Below, one piece after another: positions 59,960-64,000 of a stretch of 64,000 nt of DNA. The first letter of the stretch is position 1, and each line of letters begins with the position of its first letter. The notes below the pieces were generated by a model, which saw only the letters and a list, made by a program, of their open reading frames with translations, was not told the DNA's origin and ran no database searches. The stretch comes from Deltaproteobacteria bacterium (GTDB lineage Bacteria > UBA10199 > JADGCS01): NCBI GenBank assembly GCA_015228875.1, contig JADGCS010000001.1, positions 55,886 through 119,885 of the forward strand, given 5' to 3'. The position numbers and the translations under genes are program-made.

Positions 59960-61489
59960 ATGTCAACCATCTTCAATCACCTTCTCTCAAACCAAACACC
60001 CTACACCATCATCCTTGCACTTGTGCTGCTGCATTTTATACTCAAGGTCATTGACACAAGGGTAATCAAAAAAAACAGGCACATCGCATCCCTCATCCGG
60101 GCATTTAGAAATCTGGTCCTGCCGACCTCCATCACCCTTGTGGTTGTGCTTAAAATTCTCAACTATCCTGACACCTCAACACCTGTCAGGCTTGTTAACA
60201 CCCTGCTGTGGGTCTTTGTTTTTCATATCATCCTGTCCCTTCTTAACGTTATCCTGTTTGTTGGGGAACACAAGGGATCCTGGCGCGATCAGGTTCCAAA
60301 AATCTTTGTCAATCTCTCACGTCTTGTTTTGATCCTCATTGGTCTTGCCTTTATTCTCTCGGTTGTCTGGGGACAGGATCTCAAGGCCCTCTTTGCTGCA
60401 CTGGGTGTGGGTTCGATTGTGGTTGGCTTTGCCCTGCAGGATACACTGGGGAGCCTCTTTGCGGGTATCGCACTCTTGTCCGAAAAGGCCTACAAGGTGG
60501 GCGATTGGATCGAGATTGGTGAGACAAAAGGGAGGATTGTCGATGTCAACTGGCGGTCCGTGAGCTTGCAGACACGTGAACACGACCTGGTGCGTATCCC
60601 CAACTCTGTGATGGGAAATCAGATCATTAAAAATCTTAACAGACCAACCACGGTTCATACCGAGATCGTCAATATTGGTTTTTCATACAACGATCCCCCC
60701 AATCAGGTTAAGGAACTTCTTAAACAGGCGGCACTGACCACAAAGGGTGTTCTGCCAAACCCAGTTCCAGAGGTGCAAACCATGGGTTATAACGATTCTG
60801 CAATAGACTACCGCGTCCTTCTGCACCTCAGCGACCTCAACCACCTTTTAAAAATCCGCGACGACTTTTTATCGCAGGTCTGGTACCTCGCCAAAAGAAA
60901 CAAGCTCACGATCCCGTTTCCGATCAGGACTATCCACAGGGAGACGCAGGTGCATCGCAAGGCACCGCACACGTCACCGTCACTTGTTAATCTTCTCAGG
61001 GCTGTTTCCATTTTTTCACCTCTTGAGGAGGCAGATCTTGTGACACTTGCTGACAACGCGCTCACGGAACACTACGGTAAAACCGAAAGGATTGTCAGGC
61101 AGGGTGATCCCGGAAACGCCTTTTATGTGATTATCAATGGCGAGGCGGTTGTTGAGGTGTGCGACGATCACGGCAAGATGCAGACTGTCGGCAGGATCAA
61201 AAAAGGTGATTTTTTTGGTGAGATGTCCCTGCTCACAGGAGAACCGCGTTCCGCCTTTGTCACAGCCCAGCAAGATATGGACGTTCTTGTGATTTATCCC
61301 GGCGCGTTAAAGCCACTCCTCGAAAGTAAAACAGAGATTGCGTTACAAATGGCCGAAATTATCGAGACCCGCAAAAAAGGACTCAAAGAGGTCAGGGAAA
61401 AGGCCCATCTGTCGCCTGCCGAAGTTTCAGAGATCAACGGCAGGGTGAACAAACTGTTTAACAGGATCAAACATTTTGTGGGTGTGTAG
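59960..61489 (+). CDS. MscS-family mechanosensitive channel fused to C-terminal cyclic-nucleotide-binding domain
   Basis: VGFALQDTLGSLFAGIAL...VGDWIEIGETKGRIVDV (MscS), then RQGDPGNAFYVIINGEA...GDFFGEMSLLTGEPRSA (cNMP-binding). Confidence 0.8.
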   Translation: MSTIFNHLLSNQTPYTIILALVLLHFILKVIDTRVIKKNRHIASLIRAFRNLVLPTSITLVVVLKILNYPDTSTPVRLVNTLLWVFVFHIILSLLNVILFVGEHKGSWRDQVPKIFVNLSRLVLILIGLAFILSVVWGQDLKALFAALGVGSIVVGFALQDTLGSLFAGIALLSEKAYKVGDWIEIGETKGRIVDVNWRSVSLQTREHDLVRIPNSVMGNQIIKNLNRPTTVHTEIVNIGFSYNDPPNQVKELLKQAALTTKGVLPNPVPEVQTMGYNDSAIDYRVLLHLSDLNHLLKIRDDFLSQVWYLAKRNKLTIPFPIRTIHRETQVHRKAPHTSPSLVNLLRAVSIFSPLEEADLVTLADNALTEHYGKTERIVRQGDPGNAFYVIINGEAVVEVCDDHGKMQTVGRIKKGDFFGEMSLLTGEPRSAFVTAQQDMDVLVIYPGALKPLLESKTEIALQMAEIIETRKKGLKEVREKAHLSPAEVSEINGRVNKLFNRIKHFVGV

Positions 61490-61509
61490 TTTTTTTTAGA
61501 ACCTAAGTA

Positions 61510-61703
61510 GAACCTTGGAAGGTTTTTTCTACGCGTATCGGCATCAATTTTTGCATGGTGTCCGCCCGCGTAGTATTTTCCGCTTTATGCGAGTTATGTT
61601 TTTTCTACGCGCAGGGGTTTGGCGCATTTCGTCAAACATGAAATCATTCATGTTTGAACGCAATGCACCCCGCGCAGTATTTTCAGCTTTATGCGGGTTA
61701 TGG
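61510..61703 (+). repeat. Two tandem repeat family B copies; the second has a variant core with a perfect caaacatgaa/ttcatgtttg hairpin
   Basis: gaaccttggaaggttttttctacgcgtatcggc...gctttatgcgagttatg, then ttttttctacgcgcagggg...cgcgcagtattttcagctttatgcgggttatgg. Confidence 0.85.
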
Positions 61704-62996
61704 ATTTTTAAGCGTGCCCAGACCTGCCACGTATCCCGATGACCATGCCCACTGCAGATTGTACCCGCCAAGGGTTCCCGTCACATCAAGGACTTCGCCC
61801 GCAAAAAACAGCCCTCTGACAATTGTTGACTCCATTGTTTGGGGATCAATGTGTGTTGTGGCGACCCCGCCGCGCGTGACCTCGGCCTGAGCAAATCCGG
61901 CTGTTGCAACAGGGACAAAAGAAAACTCCTTCACAAGCGTTGAGAGTTGTGCTGCGGTATGGTGAGAGACGGCGCCTGTGGTTAATTTGCCGACCCCTGC
62001 AATAGCGCAGAGTGTCTTTGCCAGATTTGCAGGCATGATTTTTGAAAGCACCGTGCACGCCTGTTTTTTGTTGTCCGTTTTTTTTCTGCCGTTAAGCCAA
62101 TTTTTAAAATCCTCACAGGACGGGGCAAAATCAACGGATAGAGACTCGTGCGGGTTCCAGAAAAGTGAGGCGTTAAAGACGGCGGGGCCGCTCAGTCCCG
62201 TGTGTGTAAAAAGAATACCGCCCGCAAAGCTTTTGCCCGCCGTAGTCACAACGGCATCAAGGGAGACGCCCGCAAGTTTTGAAAAATGGTTTTTAAGTGC
62301 GGCGGGAAAAATCACTCCCGCGAGCGCCGGATGCCGTTTGGTGACCTTGTGTCCAAACTGCCTTGCCAACCGATAACCCAAATCGGAACTCCCCAGGTGG
62401 GGACAGGACAAGCCCCCCGTGGCAATGACAAGATTCTTTGAGGAGAAGGTGTTGTTGTCGGTTTTTACGGTAAATATGGGAATTTCAAAGTCGACAGAGC
62501 GCGGGTGCATTTCTCGCATGACGGAGGAATTCAACCGCGTCAAAGTCAAGTTGGTAACTTGTTTCCGACCAGGGTCGTGCTGAACAGACAGGACATTGGT
62601 GCTGGTGAGTAACGTCACACGTTGTTTATCCAGTTTTGTGACAAGCATGTTAAGAATGTCGCGTGAGGTTTTTTTACAGAACAACTGCCCCTTGTCCTTT
62701 GTAAAAAACTCTATATGGGCCGATTGCACCCAATTAATAAAATCGGTGTTTTTAAAACGGTTGAGCGCGTGAGTGCAGAAATCAGGATCTTCGGAAACGT
62801 AGTCTGCACTTGATACTTTAAGGTTTGTAAAATTGCAGCGTCCACCGCCTGAGGCGAGTATTTTTTTTCCTGCAGAGGTGTTTTTTTCGAGAATGAGCGC
62901 CTTGTGGCCCCGGTTTCCCGCTGTGACAGCACAAACAAGCCCTGCGGCCCCCGCCCCGATGATGATGACATCAAATAAAGTGGCAGATTGATCCAT
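61698..62996 (-). CDS. HI0933-like FAD-dependent oxidoreductase carrying an in-frame repeat-A insertion
   Basis: FDVIIIGAGAAGLVCA dinucleotide fold, NLVIATGG and C-terminal GEVLDVTGTLGGYNLQWAWSSG. Family-A repeat copy 62479-62562 is translated without a stop. Confidence 0.7.
   Translation of the reverse strand: MDQSATLFDVIIIGAGAAGLVCAVTAGNRGHKALILEKNTSAGKKILASGGGRCNFTNLKVSSADYVSEDPDFCTHALNRFKNTDFINWVQSAHIEFFTKDKGQLFCKKTSRDILNMLVTKLDKQRVTLLTSTNVLSVQHDPGRKQVTNLTLTRLNSSVMREMHPRSVDFEIPIFTVKTDNNTFSSKNLVIATGGLSCPHLGSSDLGYRLARQFGHKVTKRHPALAGVIFPAALKNHFSKLAGVSLDAVVTTAGKSFAGGILFTHTGLSGPAVFNASLFWNPHESLSVDFAPSCEDFKNWLNGRKKTDNKKQACTVLSKIMPANLAKTLCAIAGVGKLTTGAVSHHTAAQLSTLVKEFSFVPVATAGFAQAEVTRGGVATTHIDPQTMESTIVRGLFFAGEVLDVTGTLGGYNLQWAWSSGYVAGLGTLKNP
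62479..62562 (+). repeat. Repeat family A copy located inside a CDS (in-frame)
   Basis: gggaatttcaaagtcgacagagcgcgggtgcatttctcgcatgacggaggaattcaaccgcgtcaaagtcaagttggtaacttg. Confidence 0.85.
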
Positions 62997-63006
62997 TGTG
63001 AAAAAG

Positions 63007-64000
63007 CTATTTAACCCCGACACCTGTATACTCAAACCCCATCTCTTTTAAAAAGCGGGCATCGTACAAATTGCGGCCGTCAAAGATTTTGGGTTGTTTA
63101 AGGTTTGAGAGCACAGCATTAAAGTCGGGGCTTCGAAATTCGTTCCAATCGGTGGCAATAATCAGCGCATCAGCGCCCACGGTGCATTCCAGCGGGTCGT
63201 TGTGGTAATGAAGTTTGTCGATATAGGCGAGCTTGGTGTTGTCCATGGCCTCGGGGTCGTACACATGGAGTTCAACCCCCGAGTCGACCAGATGATCAGC
63301 AAGCTTAAGGGCCTGAGACTCGCGGATATCGTCGGTCTTGGCTTTAAAGGCGAGTCCCCACAGGGCCATCTTTTTGCCTTTGAGTCTCTCCCTTGAACCA
63401 AAAGAGGCGCAGATTTTTTTAAAAAATTTTAACACCTGTTTGCTGTTGACGCTGTCACACGCCTTAAGTGTCTCAAACGGGGTATCGGCATCTTCGGCGA
63501 CCCTGATAAGCGCCTTGACATCCTTTGGAAAGCAGGACCCACCGTACCCAAGACCCGGATAAAGAAAGGCGGGACCTATGCGGGGGTCGGTCCCCATGCC
63601 GGCCCTGACATCGTTGACGTCTGCGCCCACAGCATCGCAGAAATTGGCCACCTCATTCATGAATGAGATGCGCAGGGCGAGCATGGCGTTTGCCGCGTAT
63701 TTGGTGATCTCGGCAGAACGACGTTTCATAAAGACCAGTCTTCTTTTTTGATGTGTAAAGGGCGCGTAGAGTTTTTCGATCAGGGGCTTGATGGAGTCGT
63801 CATTGGTCCCGATGACAATCCTGTCTGGTTTCATAAAATCGTTGACAGCATCGCCTTCTTTTAAAAATTCGGGGTTGGAAAAAACACAGTACGGGTGTTT
63901 GAGTCCTTCTTTAAAAATTTTTTCGATCTGATCGCCAGTGCCTACGGGGACTGTGCTCTTGGTAGCAATGATCACCTGCTTTTGAGCCACGGCGCAGATT
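63007..64000 (-). CDS. ugd: UDP-glucose 6-dehydrogenase, C-terminal part; the N-terminus lies beyond the window end
   Basis: GSCFPKDV catalytic Cys region, TDWNEF, UDP-binding domain. Confidence 0.85.
   Translation of the reverse strand, partial: ICAVAQKQVIIATKSTVPVGTGDQIEKIFKEGLKHPYCVFSNPEFLKEGDAVNDFMKPDRIVIGTNDDSIKPLIEKLYAPFTHQKRRLVFMKRRSAEITKYAANAMLALRISFMNEVANFCDAVGADVNDVRAGMGTDPRIGPAFLYPGLGYGGSCFPKDVKALIRVAEDADTPFETLKACDSVNSKQVLKFFKKICASFGSRERLKGKKMALWGLAFKAKTDDIRESQALKLADHLVDSGVELHVYDPEAMDNTKLAYIDKLHYHNDPLECTVGADALIIATDWNEFRSPDFNAVLSNLKQPKIFDGRNLYDARFLKEMGFEYTGVGVK

Overview
This 64 kb window reads as chromosomal DNA from a deltaproteobacterium-like organism. The evidence is sigma-54/NtrC machinery, an LL-diaminopimelate aminotransferase (DapL), the MlaEFD transporter, and a Myxococcus-type cysteine-rich repeat on a secreted peptidase. 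About 55 genes can be supported. Housekeeping genes are rho, purA, a serA-like dehydrogenase, smpB, an ilvB-like acetolactate synthase, xth, alr, mlaEFD, dapL, a pabA/trpG-type amidotransferase, ispD, ispF, cysS and a partial ugd. A co-directional folate/pterin cluster holds folB, a RibD_C-family reductase, folE, a queD/PTPS gene and a HAD–NUDIX fusion gene. Two toxin–antitoxin pairs are present: a HigB/HigA-like pair and an MNT/HEPN pair. The most system-like stretch is 27.5–39.2 kb. It combines two paralogous double-TSUP (TauE/SafE-like) membrane proteins, a PpsA-like protein that lacks a recognisable PEP-binding barrel, and a membrane protein. It also holds a P-loop cytidylate-kinase-like protein, two receiver-only response regulators and a divergent histidine-kinase/sigma-54-activator pair. 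A textbook sigma-54 promoter (TGGCAC-N5-TTGCT) sits in front of the second TSUP operon. Three families of short interspersed repeats occur. Family A is MITE/RPE-like (8 copies) and one copy sits in-frame inside a flavoprotein gene; family B is REP-like; family C forms a 150-bp hairpin. A large secreted S8 subtilase is interrupted by a 1-nt frameshift. No rRNA, tRNA or CRISPR array was recognised. All calls come from reading motifs in the supplied translations and the DNA itself; no database search was possible.
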